DNA of 53,626 nt, the filler included, from Sphacelaria rigidula (lineage: Eukaryota): NCBI GenBank assembly GCA_964200075.2. It is 4 parts of 4 records of this genome, joined end to end, with 100 filler letters (N's around TTAATTAATTAA, not from the genome) between each part and the next. Parts side by side here need not be neighbours in the genome. Positions count along the whole stretch, not along the records: positions 26,869 to 40,197 come from CAXNAA020002958.1; positions 40,298 to 53,626 come from CAXNAA020002959.1; 2 more parts are not named here. The stretch is one strand, 5' to 3'. The notes beneath the pieces are model-generated. The model did no database searches and was not told the origin of the DNA. It was given only the letters and a program-made list of their open reading frames with translations. Each line of letters opens with the position of its first letter. The first letter of the stretch is position 1. Below are positions 37,561 to 48,627 of the stretch, piece after piece. A program made the position numbers and the translations under genes.

Positions 37561-37762
37561 AGCTCTGCTCCCTGTTGTACCTTTGGCTTCCCCCAGGTCA
37601 GAGCTCTGCTCCCTGTTGTACCTCCCTGTTTTCCCCCTCAAGCTTTGGTAAGACGCCGAAGCAATTTGTACTTTTTTGTTAATCGCTTGCACGCCGAAGC
37701 AATTTGTGCTTCCGCGTTTCGGAGCAGTTTTTTCTGCTCCTCGAAGCAGTCTATGCTTCCCT
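37561..37762 (+). repeat. Short direct repeats in the 3' UTR
   Basis: AGCTCTGCTCCCTGTTGTACCT twice; ACGCCGAAGCAATTTGT twice plus degenerate copies. Confidence 0.85.
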
Positions 37763-37768
37763 TCTTTT

Positions 37769-37784
37769 GAGGTGTGGGAGTGGG
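37769..37784 (+). other. Polypurine tract (PPT)
   Basis: GAGGTGTGGGAGTGGG directly before TACAGGA, downstream of the integrase and 3' UTR. Confidence 0.7.
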
Positions 37785-38483
37785 TACAGGATTGTTGGTA
37801 CGGGAATGTTAGGTACGGGAGTGTTCATTTAGGTATGCTTTATTAGCCGCTCATGACTTGACGAGTGAAGAAAAATCTTAGTTTTCGCTGCTTTGAGGAT
37901 AAGTCCTCGCAGCTGTAATAAAGGTTAGTCTTGGTGGGTTAGTGTCATGAAGATGCATACTAGCCTGTTGTCGTGCCGCTTCAGACCCGTTGTCGAAGTC
38001 TGGCTTTCGTTGTCGAAGTCTGGCTTCCGGTAATATTGGGAATCCCGGTAGATAAGGAATCCCGGTAGACAAGACTACAGGTCTGTTCAGAGTTGATCGG
38101 ATACGAATGTGAACCTGTATAATTACAGGGATGGCTTTGTCTTTGATCGTGCTTCGCGATCAAAGCCCCCCCCATCAACCACCATCAACTGCTCCTCTCT
38201 GCTAGCCAGCAAAATGAAGTCTAACCATCGGTGAGAGATATTGGCTGGTCTGGGTTGGATTGATTGAGTGGGTATTGGAGTTAGAATCAAGATAATCAAG
38301 AGAGAAGTGAAGAACCTATTTGCGTGAACCTCGTCTGATATTAGGATACTGACCAGGTCACACAGTATCTACAAGTTGTAACAGCCTGACGGTTGTACAC
38401 TTGCCTGCCAAGCTTATGCCTTGGGTTGCAAGCTGTGTCCTTGCATTATACTGCCGCTTGCTCTTTATTACATATTTCAAGTA
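37785..38483 (+). repeat. Putative 3' LTR (~700 bp)
   Basis: Starts after the PPT. Its distal part (GTAACAG...ACTTGCCTGCCA...CCTTGGGT...ATATTTCAAGTA) resembles copy 1's segment before gag (GTAACAG...ACTTGCTTGCCA...CCTTGCGT...ATATTTCTGTA). End approximate. Confidence 0.55.
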
Positions 38484-39188
38484 AAATGGATATCGATTCG
38501 ACAGATGATGCTGGCGATCGAAGGTAAGAGAAAGGAAACGGCAATCTACCAACTATGCGCAGGGAAACACACTCACAAAAAAACGTTCACCTGGCGCAGA
38601 TGGGAGTTTCCGTAATACAGCACCGTAATATTTGGTGGAAGCGGGTTGATCGCCAGTCTCTCGTCACCAACCGGAGGGATGCAGGTTCCATTGCTTACGG
38701 CCAGTGGTTTCCACGCCGGGAAATTCACTTTTTGATGCGGACAATAGTAGCTGCGTCAAGAGAGAAGTCGGCGAGAAACGGGAGAATACATCGGTGCCTG
38801 AAGAAGGAACTGGATTGAAAATCGACCCATCCTTGTCTAGCCTAATCTCTTACTGCAAAGGTGGTACAACCACAAAAAGGCATCTCGCCCCACGGTACTC
38901 CTACTGGTCGATTCAAAGGGAAGCCCACATTAATTGGTCGGAGAAGCTTAGATGGCTTAAAATGACTCGCACAGGGGGGGGGGGGCTTCTAGGACATTTG
39001 ACACGGCCTTTGGCCCCCAAATAGGGGATATCGCCGTCACACGTCTTGGACACTTTGTATCCCCCACCGAGAGGAGTTGAACTCACTATTCCAACTCGCT
39101 TCGCTCCGAGGTTTCAAGAATGCCCTCTGAACAAAACTGCAGCTGGACTAGACCAAAAAATGTGGTACCAACCGTATAACCGGTCTTA

Positions 39189-39677
39189 GGCCGCTGCTTG
39201 TTTGTGGCAAACAAAAAGATAAACTACCATTTGAGAACTTCTAGATCGTGTTAAGCCCGTGAAGAGAACTAGGCGGTTCCTGACACACAGGAATGCCTTG
39301 CTGTACTTGTTGAGATGGTGCCAGCACACTTGCGCATTTTCCCGGTGACTGTATTATTTTCGGCTAAACTTGCATTTTTCTCGGAGAAAGCTCATTTTTC
39401 TCGGAGGCCGGTAATTTTTCTCGGAGGAAGTTCCTCGGAACCTGACCTGCCTCCAAGAAAATTGAGCGGCCTCGGGGGAAATGCAAGTTTGGCCGAGAAA
39501 TCGTTTCGGTCATCGGGAAAACGCGCAGTTGTGCTGGAACCGTATCAACGAGTACAGCAAGGCGTTCCAAGGTGTCAAAATTCGTCTCGCTTACTTCTAG
39601 AGTGTAAAACGACGAAAATATATATCCGAAAGGGCAGTTTTCCAGATTTTTGTTTTCGCTCGCCATAAGAACGGGCC
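39189..39677. mobile_element. PIF/Harbinger-type MITE
   Basis: GGCC...GGCC ends with 3-bp TSD TTA (39186-39188, 39678-39680); internal inverted arms (~39282-39350 / ~39509-39577); core shared with 2481-2877. Confidence 0.8.
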
Positions 39678-39792
39678 TTAGGAGTATACTTAACAGGGCT
39701 TTTTTTCCGAAAGAAGTCTCCGACTTTTTCCAGGGAAAAACTCCCTCTCCGAAAACCGTGTGAACAGATTTATCAGTCCTTTAACCCTTTAA

Positions 39793-39991
39793 CCCCTTGA
39801 CCGCGAGGGTAGGGCATCTGGCCATGCATTCATTTTTCGAGTGGAATTAGTACTGATTCAAAATATAACCTATGCTCGCGGTCAAAGGGTTAACCCTTTG
39901 GCCGCCAAGGTAGGCCACCTGGGTCACGCAGTACTTCTTTGAATGAAAGCGATGCCGATTCAGCAGATGACCAACCCTCGCGGTTAAAGGG
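39793..39991. mobile_element. Two tandem ~97-bp piggyBac-type MITEs
   Basis: TTAA-CCCCTTGACCGCGAG...CTCGCGGTCAAAGGG-TTAA-CCCTTTGGCCGCCAAG...CTCGCGGTTAAAGGG-TCGA. Confidence 0.8.
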
Positions 39992-40120
39992 TCGACCCCT
40001 CGAGCATCCCGCGGGAGGAAGGAAGCACCTGAGCTAAGGAGTCACCGTTCACGGGAGACTGTGACGATGATTTAACAAATGAGATAGATGCATCCGGGTG
40101 GTCGAACGTGTACCTTTTAA

Positions 40121-40197
40121 CCCTTAGACCGCGAGATTAGTCTTTCTGGATCATGCATACGTTTTTCACTTGAAATTGATCCCGATTCAACACACGA
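40121..40197. mobile_element. Third piggyBac-type MITE, cut by contig end
   Basis: TTAA-CCCTTAGACCGCGAG with an internal CATGCAT...GATTCAA like the first unit. Confidence 0.7.
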
Positions 40198-40297
40198 NNN
40201 NNNNNNNNNNNNNNNNNNNNNNNNNNNNNNNNNNNNNNNNNTTAATTAATTAANNNNNNNNNNNNNNNNNNNNNNNNNNNNNNNNNNNNNNNNNNNN
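40198..40297. other. Artificial contig linker
   Basis: N44-TTAATTAATTAA-N44. Confidence 0.99.
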
Positions 40298-40345
40298 CGT
40301 GGGGGGTTCGATCGTGTGTTTCAGGTATACCCATTGGTGGTGTGC

Positions 40346-41528
40346 CAAGGGCGGGTGAAAAAAATATCCCTGGACCCACACTACCCCCCCCCCCAGCAGC
40401 TCTTGATTGATTGATTTTTTTCTCAAACGAGACAACTGTTTATCAGGCTTTGAGGCATCAGTTGCTCAGCAACACGTTGTCGAAACAATACGCACGAGCC
40501 GTGCGTGGTTCGTTCGTGTCTTTCACGAATAAACTTGGATGGTGTGCAGTGGTTTGAGCAGTGTTGAGTGTTGTTTTCGATTAATTTATTAATAATAGTT
40601 CTTTGATAATTCAAGATGATTTCAAGCAAGCAAGTAAAAATGATTACGCCAAATAAATAACGCAGATCCTCCGGCTACACCCCCTCAGCCACACTAGTGC
40701 GGCCGTTGCAGAGGTTGCTGCGGTCACAGACGGGTGAAGGGTTTGTGGTTCGTCGCAACTGCCCCCCTCCCCCGCCTCAATCTTTTGCCCCAACGAATTA
40801 GTCTCGCCGCGTTTTTGCGAAAAGTCCTTGGCTCTGCTTGTTCTGGCGTCAGGGTGCCGAACTCTAGTCATCTGACTCACTTGGGTTTGCTAGGATTCAT
40901 GATCAGGTAGATTTTTTTGTTTTGATTGTCGCACTTTAACTGACCCCCCCCGGCAGGTTGCATCAAGCAATGGATCGAGCGGTTTATGTTAGCTTACACA
41001 GCGTACTTCTAGCCCAACACCAAACCAAGGCTTGCCAAGACCACGACTGTTTTGTTTTTTGCTGCTTGTGCTTGGGCGTGCTCTGCAAGTGAAGTGGCTC
41101 TTCTCTGCCGTTCAACCCAATTCTAAAACCAAGAAACTTGTGGTTGAGCTTGGTTGCATCAAGTATATAGGATTTAGTATAGAACCGAAACCTGCCAGCC
41201 CGCTTGGTTGCATTGAGTATATAGGATTTGGTATAGAACCGGAACCCGCCAGCCCGCTTGGTTGCATCAAGTATGTAGGATTTAGTATAGAACCGGAGCT
41301 TGCCAGCCCGGTTGGTTATATCAAGTATAAAGGATTTAGTATAGAACCGGAACCTGCCAGCCCGCTTGGTTGCATCAAGTATATATATAGGATTTAGTAT
41401 AGAACCGGAACCTGCCAGCCCGGACACGGTCCCAACAGTGCTTCCACACCCTCCCCCCCCCCCCCCAATCGGCCCCAAATGGAAAAAAGTGAGTGTGGGT
41501 CCAGGGATATATTTTTCACCCGCCCTTG
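40346..41528. mobile_element. Non-autonomous TIR DNA transposon
   Basis: ~37-bp near-perfect TIRs CAAGGGCGGGTGAAAAA.ATATCCCTGGACCCACACT. No clean TSD; superfamily not assigned. Confidence 0.8.
41148..41421. repeat. 54-bp minisatellite, 5 copies
   Basis: Unit GCTTGGTTGCATCAAGTATATAGGATTTAGTATAGAACCGGAACCTGCCAGCCC. Confidence 0.95.
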
Positions 41529-42933
41529 TTGCGGCAGGAAAAGTTGTATGCGCACCGATTTTTTGGAATTTGCCATCTTCGACCTCGAAAGACGCTACTG
41601 ATCTTCAACCCAAAAGTGCCGATCGCGCACCGCTTACAACTCGGCAACGAAGCGAGGGATTGGACTGCGGTTTCTTGCCTGCGCTTCCCACACACCCAAC
41701 CTATGTCGCCACGTTTGGTTTTCCTGTTTGCGCGTGATGCTGACTCGCAAGTGACCTAAATATACTAAAATAAGGTGTTTTCTGCTCTGGAAGGGGATTT
41801 TCGTGCCGCTGACGCGACGCCAGCAAAATACCAAACGTGGGCCTCTAGATCTTGTGTGTATGCAGGGGGCTGTCACGTGCCATGGACGGGCTTGCTTCCC
41901 GTGTCGAGACCCGCGCGATCTCCAGTGCTACAGCTTTCCCATACTACACCAACTGATCAAGTGATGAAGTGTGTGTTCTGTTCATGAGGGCCTCGGCACA
42001 GGTCCGACCACCTACTGACGTGTTCATTATTCCTCCGCGTTATTTCTTACTTTAAATCTTGTGCCGATGTTTGGTCGTTAGGGTCCCCATTCCTACCCAT
42101 AACAGTATAGTACTGGCATTTATTTTTCGCAAAAGTTGAGTGTTTTTTGGATTTTTTTTTTTCTTCCAAATCTGGGGGCATCCATGAAAATGAGAAGTCC
42201 AACGCGACCGTACCCACGGATTCCTCCCCTGCTTTTTTTTTTTCACAAGAAGCCATGACCGAACATACTTTTTCGGGACTGCAGGTGATGCTACAAGATC
42301 TTGAATCGATCATCCTCTCTGAAATTTCTATATGATAAGCACCAAAATTGGCCTGGTGTGAGACGTGATACTTTGATATTGCTATATATCGATATCTGCT
42401 GATACTTGATGAGCATCCTCACACGGTACCCATCGCCATGCGATTTTCGTCTTCGTGGTCGCGACAAGCCCCGTGACCGAGCACAACCGTACGGTCTGCT
42501 GCTGTTGAAACAGGCAGAACGAGATGGCCGGAGAACATGTCACCATTCCGACGTAGAAGATACACATAACCGGGGAACCAAAGTCGCATATCCCTCTTCC
42601 CTGCAGTAGCTTCAGTACAGTACAGTGGAGACCAATACACAGGTGTAACAAGGGGAAAGTACTGCAGCAGTATAGCCGCGCAGATCGTGACTTTCGATGG
42701 GCCACAAGGCGGGGCGTACGCATATAGAAGATGTATAGCACGCTGAAGAGGAGTCGCAACACCTATGCGTGCGTCATATCTCACCCCCATATTTGTCGAA
42801 GACATTGGCGTTTCTTGTTGGCTACGAGTAGTCGGTCAGTTTTTTTTCTACTTTTTCTACTTTTTCAATCCCGACCCTTCATCGGGACGACTCCGTGGTC
42901 CGAAGCGGTCACCTCCTCCCTTCCCCGGTACCC

Positions 42934-42936
<3 letters not shown>

Positions 42937-42978
<42 letters not shown>
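42937..42978. repeat. (AT)n microsatellite
   Basis: Perfect run seen directly. Confidence 0.98.
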
Positions 42979-42981
<3 letters not shown>

Positions 42982-44927
42982 TATCCCGGATTGGGTCAGC
43001 ACTCCCGTGCCGCTGCGACTTTCGTCCAGAAATCGTTGTGTGCTTTTTACTGTCTTATCGTTTTCGACGACTGGAATGGGATACTTCTCAGATAAAAATG
43101 CTGAAGCCACATCTGCTGGGAATCAAACCTACATTCTGCCGACCTATTGTCCCTGGCTTCAGCTGTACTATTCATATTACTGGAGCGCTAGCACTTGCAA
43201 GGTCAGAAATGATGGTGATTCATGGCCGTGCCGCATTATCGTGCATCAACTTCGACCTTTTATGCGTTGGGCGATACTTGTCTTCGCATTTAATTTTCCC
43301 CATGTACCCTTTCCTCGCCCTATTTTTTTCACACACCCCTCGCTCGCCTGCCCGCGCTTTGTTCTGTACAACAGGGTCCCAGGAAAATCGCGTAGTGTCG
43401 CCAGCCCCGGCATTGCCGCAGTATACTGGGACCCCGTGCTTTGCTGGTATGCATATTATAGTACAGCGGATCGGACTTATGGATAGTGATTTTGACTGCA
43501 CTTTGTGGGGCTTCGCACTTCAGAGGACCGCATACTGGTGGGACCCCCACTATACTTTGAGATGTTGTGGGATGTGAGGATGAAAGGACGGGGGTGCGTT
43601 CGTCTTGCCGTAACGTGATGATGAGAGAACAGATGCGTTTATGACGTCTGTCCAACTTTAGCCATGTGCTGTACTCTCACTGGATTCAGAGGTGGAGCCC
43701 AGGCACGTGACACATGGTATTTCGCGTTGTACCATGGCCAACAAATATTACACTACATTTCGCATTATACCGTCTGTACGGTACACAGGACTGTACTCTA
43801 CCGACTATTGTTGGTTGCACGAGAGATGCCCAACAGTCGGACTTTGTATGATGTCGTGGAAGTGGAAAGCGACACAACTGTAATCTCAACTTAAAGTGGT
43901 GCCAGAAGAATACTGCTGGTAATTCTTGGAATACAGACAGTACAGTACAACTATCGTACACGTGCTGTAAACAGTACAGTTTACTGACAGATCGTGGATC
44001 AATCACAGGGACACCTGGAATCGGTTTAAGACAGGACTTGGGCCAGCTGGCACGAGGCTTAGCATTCGTAACGATGCCCACAAGAAGCCAATCAACAGTG
44101 GGCGTGGTGGATTAGTATGGAAGGGCAAAAATGCACACTCTAGTCAGTCTTACGCCAAAAGAAAAATGAAAATTCGGAACAGAATCCGACATTTTTTTGC
44201 CCAATACGCACGCACACACTGCGCAAACCCAGATTCAGCTAGATGAAGTTGTTGTCTGTAGTCGAAGTTTCAGCGCGTCAAAGTACTGACAGCGCTTGCG
44301 ACGCCGTGCCTCCTGAAGTGAGCACCTCTACAGGCGATACCAAGATGGGGACCGCGTAGAATGACATCATCCACAGTGTACCCAATACGGATCGATGTTC
44401 GTTTGCCGGGGCAGGAGTCGCCCAGCAGGTCATGATTTGGAACTGAGCACATCTGCGTGTCAGCTTATGCATCCACTGACGTCTCACGCAGTCTAGGCCG
44501 AGGGGACTCCGTTTTGAGGGCGTATTGATGGCATTGCCTAAAATCTGTATTCGCTTCGTGCATCTGGCACACCACGTAAAAGTTGCCGCCAATCCGGGAA
44601 TATGCTGCCTGTGTTGTGGTCTACCTCTGTGCCAAGTTTCTAGCCGGTTCGTTCAGACACGGCGGAGAAATCCACGAGCAAAGTAACGCTTGACTTGTAC
44701 TGAAAACACAGTACTAAACCGTCGAAAGATACATGAGGTGCGTATGATGATTGTATGCGAGCATCCTAGCATTTGAGTTACATTTTTCTTTCTTGGCGTA
44801 AAGATTGCCAGTGAAATGTGTCCTGCATACTTTTTGTGTCTGTGTGCTGATTTTCCGAGTTGAACCTCGCTTCAACTGTCGTAACACCCCGACGCCGTAG
44901 ATATGGATACCGTCAATATCCGCGATA

Positions 44928-45013
44928 CGCATTTCGATCGCATTTCGATCGCATCTCGATCGCATTTCGATCGCATCTCGATCGCATTTCGATCGCATCT
45001 CGATCGCATTTCG
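44928..45013. repeat. 11-bp tandem repeat CGCAT(T/C)TCGAT, ~8 copies
   Basis: Seen directly; T and C variants mostly alternate. Confidence 0.95.
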
Positions 45014-45388
45014 AAAATAATCGCATCTCTGTCGTTGCCATCACAGGTTGAGATGTAAATTGAGTTCATGTACCATGAATATGCGCTCACCAGGTGCCAT
45101 GAACCGGTGTTGGACACGCACCCCGTGCGACGGGTACTCTGTACCCGACGTAACCGCTCGACTGGCTCTATTTTTGATGCTGCACTACTGTGTACACAGT
45201 ACAACAGAGGTCATGGTCGTAACTGCCCTGTAGGAACAGAAGAATTATCATCTACCCGTTACGCAATAACACTTGATATCAACAGACACCCAACACCCTG
45301 GATAGCGTGCTCAGGATAACGATACGCCACGACACCTCAACCCAAACACCTGTCTACGATCCCCGTAAAATTATGTCCATATACGCAC

Positions 45389-45583
45389 CTGGTACGACGT
45401 CTGGCCATGAGATTTGCCGCCTCCGAATTCAATTCGTGCCGTGACTGTTTGCCCGGGTTGGATGACACGGGGAAAAGTAAACTTCTTCATGCCCGTCTTC
45501 TCACAAGTAGTTAGCCTCCACACGAAAGGTGTGGCATTCGCCATGACCAGACGGCCAGACTCATCTTGCGCTTGATCAGCCAT
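45389..45583 (-). CDS. Exon or pseudo-exon resembling the N-terminal domain of PI-PLC-X-like phosphodiesterases
   Basis: GRLVMANATPFVWRL...MKKFTFPRVIQPGQTVTARIEF recalls the LVNGTPY.W....M..W.FP..I..G.....YIEF pattern remembered from fungal PLC-like proteins; phase-0 donor CAG|GTGCGT. Confidence 0.45.
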
Positions 45584-46414
45584 GTAAAGCTCAGTTTATC
45601 GTGCAATGAGTACTTGTTCAACTTCGTTCTCGTCGCGGTTCTTGCAGGATGCGCCAGGTTAATGCGGCCGTGTTCATGCCCGTTATTTGGTCCTAATATA
45701 GAACCTGGTTCTTCGTAGAACCTGATGTAGGCACTCAAAACCGGTCACCGTCCTCATGTGTGTGTACTCGGAAGCACCAGCAAAAACTGCTGCGTTTACT
45801 CCTTGTCGCAGTCATCGGCTGGCATCACTTATAATGAGATCCCTAGTTCAACCCGGGCACTGGCAACCGCTGCTTATGTCATCAACAGCGACGTTATTCA
45901 CGGGTCTCCCAACTGCGACTTCTGCGACAGGTTGCGGATTTCTGTGCTCAAGCTTTCATGCGTTGGGCGGTTCATCTATCATGCACGGCGCCAGGAGGCG
46001 GCAGATGGGATTGGCAGCGCGGAGGCCCCGTGGATCTACGAGGCTGATCGTGCGGTGCTTGAACAGGTGGGGGGGCTGCGCTATGTTCTCACCCGGTGCT
46101 GGGCGTCCATGACACGGAATGGATGTCCACGGGTATGGATATGTGTCTGGGCGAAAGGGACGCTGGGGGTGAAGTGTAGAATCCCTGTCGTAGTGTAGTG
46201 TCGTTTTTGACGGCGCTCATGTGTTATGTGATGTGCATATGCTTCGTCTCGGAATTATTTTTCTCGTGTACTTCTTCGTTGTGGAGGGCAGGCACAGTAG
46301 CGGCGGCAGGAGCGTGCTCTACCACACGGGGATACTTGGTGAACAACGGTTGTCGACAAGTCCGTCATGTGCACACGAGCACTGGCGCGACATGAAAAAA
46401 CCGAAGCGCGTGTT

Positions 46415-47066
46415 CGAGACAGTAGACCCAAAGCTTTGGTAGTATATTCATCGTTGACAAGATGGGTACTTGCTTGAGGCGACCTGAGGATTTGTCCGTA
46501 AACAATGGTTGGTACTATGGAGATACCGCCAACCCTAACGCTAACCCCAATCCTAACCCCGACCAAGGCATACTGAGAACCCTCGGGCAAGGGGGTGCAG
46601 AGTATTCCCTAGGCAAAGTGTGCGTTGCCAGAGCTCAAATCGATGCCTTTCAGCCGATTTTGGACCAAAACACGTTTTGGACGAGCTGGGTCCACTACTC
46701 ACCTGCCCCAGACCATGAATTTTCTCAGAACTTTGTTTAGTCTAAAATCGAGTAAAATCGAGTACCAACCATTGTTTACGTACAAAACCTCAGCTCTACT
46801 GACTTGATTGTAGAAGTGAGAAAATTCTGAGAAATTTTATGGTTTGGGGCAGGTGAGCAATGGACCCAGCTCGTCCTGAGTATGTTTTTGTTGAAATCGA
46901 TGCCTTAGGTCTGCCAACGCACACTTTCCCTAGGGGAACCTGTGCACCCCCCGTGCCCGAGGGTTTCTTACGCCTTGGGTCGGAATTAGGGTTAGGGTTG
47001 GAGTTATTGTTAGTTTGTTCGAGAAAATCAACCATAGATATACGACCAAAGCTTTGGGTCGTCTCG
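46415..47066. mobile_element. Fold-back element with internal telomere-like repeats
   Basis: Arms ~46415-46755 and ~46800-47066 are imperfect reverse complements (GACCCAAAGCTTTGG; GGACGAGCTGGGTCCA..CTCACCTGCCCCA). Degenerate (AACCCT)n in the left arm and (TTAGGG)n in the right. Confidence 0.85.
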
Positions 47067-47485
47067 TTCGAGGGTGGTCGTTAGCTCTACTGTACATAGC
47101 CAAACTCACGGGAGTCACCAGCGCGCAATATTTTCCGCCTGATCGTCAGGACGCGTCTTGACAAGGAAAAGCATCGAAATCGTCAAAGAAATTGATTTTG
47201 ATTTCGATTTCTAGATCCAGGTCCAACACCAGCAGCTGTAGTAAAATGCTCAGGAGATGTTGTGCGACTTGGGCCCGTAGCGACCATCAGTAACCAACAG
47301 CAGCTGACAAATCACAGCCGAGCCAAGAAAACCAAACCATGAGGTCCTGTCTTGAACCCATTTTGGCGGTGATTTTTTTAGTACGGACAAACAAAAATAA
47401 AAAGTAGCGGACCGTTGGTTGATAGATCTCGATTGTTTGACTGATCGATTGTCGCACATTGCTGATTCCCTCTGGGACCTAGCCG

Positions 47486-48627
47486 TAGGCCCTGACTTCT
47501 AAGGCAGATGAATGAGGGCCGCCCGCAGGCGAAAAAATTGGGGTTCAGGAAAAATTCAAGGCAATGCCTTAGACCCGATTTCATGCCTTAGATGCCTCAA
47601 ATGGACGAGGCATGGTGGCTTAGATTTGCCTTAGATTTGCCTTAGTTCCGTTTTGCTCTTTTTTCACTCTAGGCAAGCCCGGCTAAGCCCTATCTGTGGT
47701 GCCAATTCAAATACGAGTGTTGCGCGTAGTACGTAGCACGTGCATGCGCCGTGGCATAGCTGCGTGCAACATTCATTTCATGTCTGGAATGATCAAAAAG
47801 AGGTGCTGGCACCATAATCAAAGTATCAAAATATCTTCCCATTTCGAGAACCCAACCGCTCTCAATTTCTGCTACTCTGTACGATCTTAATTTATTATCA
47901 CGTATAAAATAATGAATACACAAATGAATGAATTAAAGGTTGTTACACCACAACAAGGACGGGAATATGGCGCATAAAGCGCGCCTGATTTGCGCTAAAA
48001 AAGCTTAAAGGGGGGCTTGAAAAATAATGAGAAGCTTCTAAAAAAATACGAGGAGCTTAATTTTTTTTATTACATGTAATAATTAATCAATTCATTTTTT
48101 AAAGATTGTTTGAGGATGGATGGTTGGATGGTTGATTGGGACTGAATTTTATTTCTTGGACAAGGACCAGGGACGGGGCTGCTGTAGGCGGCTGCGCTTC
48201 CGAATGCTGTAGCGGTGTCCCGAAAGCGGCAGCGGCAGCTGGAGCGGTGGATGATGCAGCAGCTGCAGAACCAGCAGTGCTTCGACCCTCTACCGTAGAC
48301 ATGATCCCGCTGGACTGTCAGAATGGTGGTATCCTAGCAGCAGTACGCGACTGCACAACAGTGCAATACAGTAGGTTGACGTTGAAGATGATCTGCTTTC
48401 TGCTTGTAGGTGTGTGATTTTTTAAAAAGGAGGCCCGTACAACCTCAAACCCCCTCTTGATAAAAGTTGGCGTTTATTTCTGCTTGCCTTATTTCCGTTT
48501 TCGTGATACCGAGGCTTGCCCCGCCCAGATAAGGCATGTCAGGCGCCATCACCCCCTCTCAAGTAACCCCTTCCTGAAAAGGGGCTCTAAGGCAAAAAGT
48601 AAGGCATGCCTTAGAAGTCAGGGCCTA
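47486..48627. mobile_element. Non-autonomous hAT DNA transposon
   Basis: Perfect 21-bp TIR TAGGCCCTGACTTCTAAGGCA, perfect 8-bp TSD CCTAGCCG (47478-47485, 48628-48635), subterminal GCCTTAG/TAAGGC motifs. Confidence 0.93.

Larger units (their letters stand above)
26869..38483 (+). mobile_element. Ty3/Gypsy chromodomain-bearing LTR retrotransposon, copy 2 (5' end cut by contig edge)
   Basis: gag(CCHC)-PR-RT-RNase H-IN-chromodomain order, then 3' UTR, PPT and putative 3' LTR; scattered stops and frameshifts. Confidence 0.96.

Noticed and set aside
13511-38483. Head-to-head arrangement of the two Gypsy copies as one giant inverted structure
   Set aside because: They are on separate contigs joined by an artificial linker.
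41148-41421. CRISPR-like array or repeat protein
   Set aside because: Contiguous tandem units with no unique spacers and no cas genes; lies inside a TIR element.
42731-43577. 251-aa and 270-aa overlapping ORFs
   Set aside because: They run through an (AT)n microsatellite, have non-protein-like composition and no recognisable motif.
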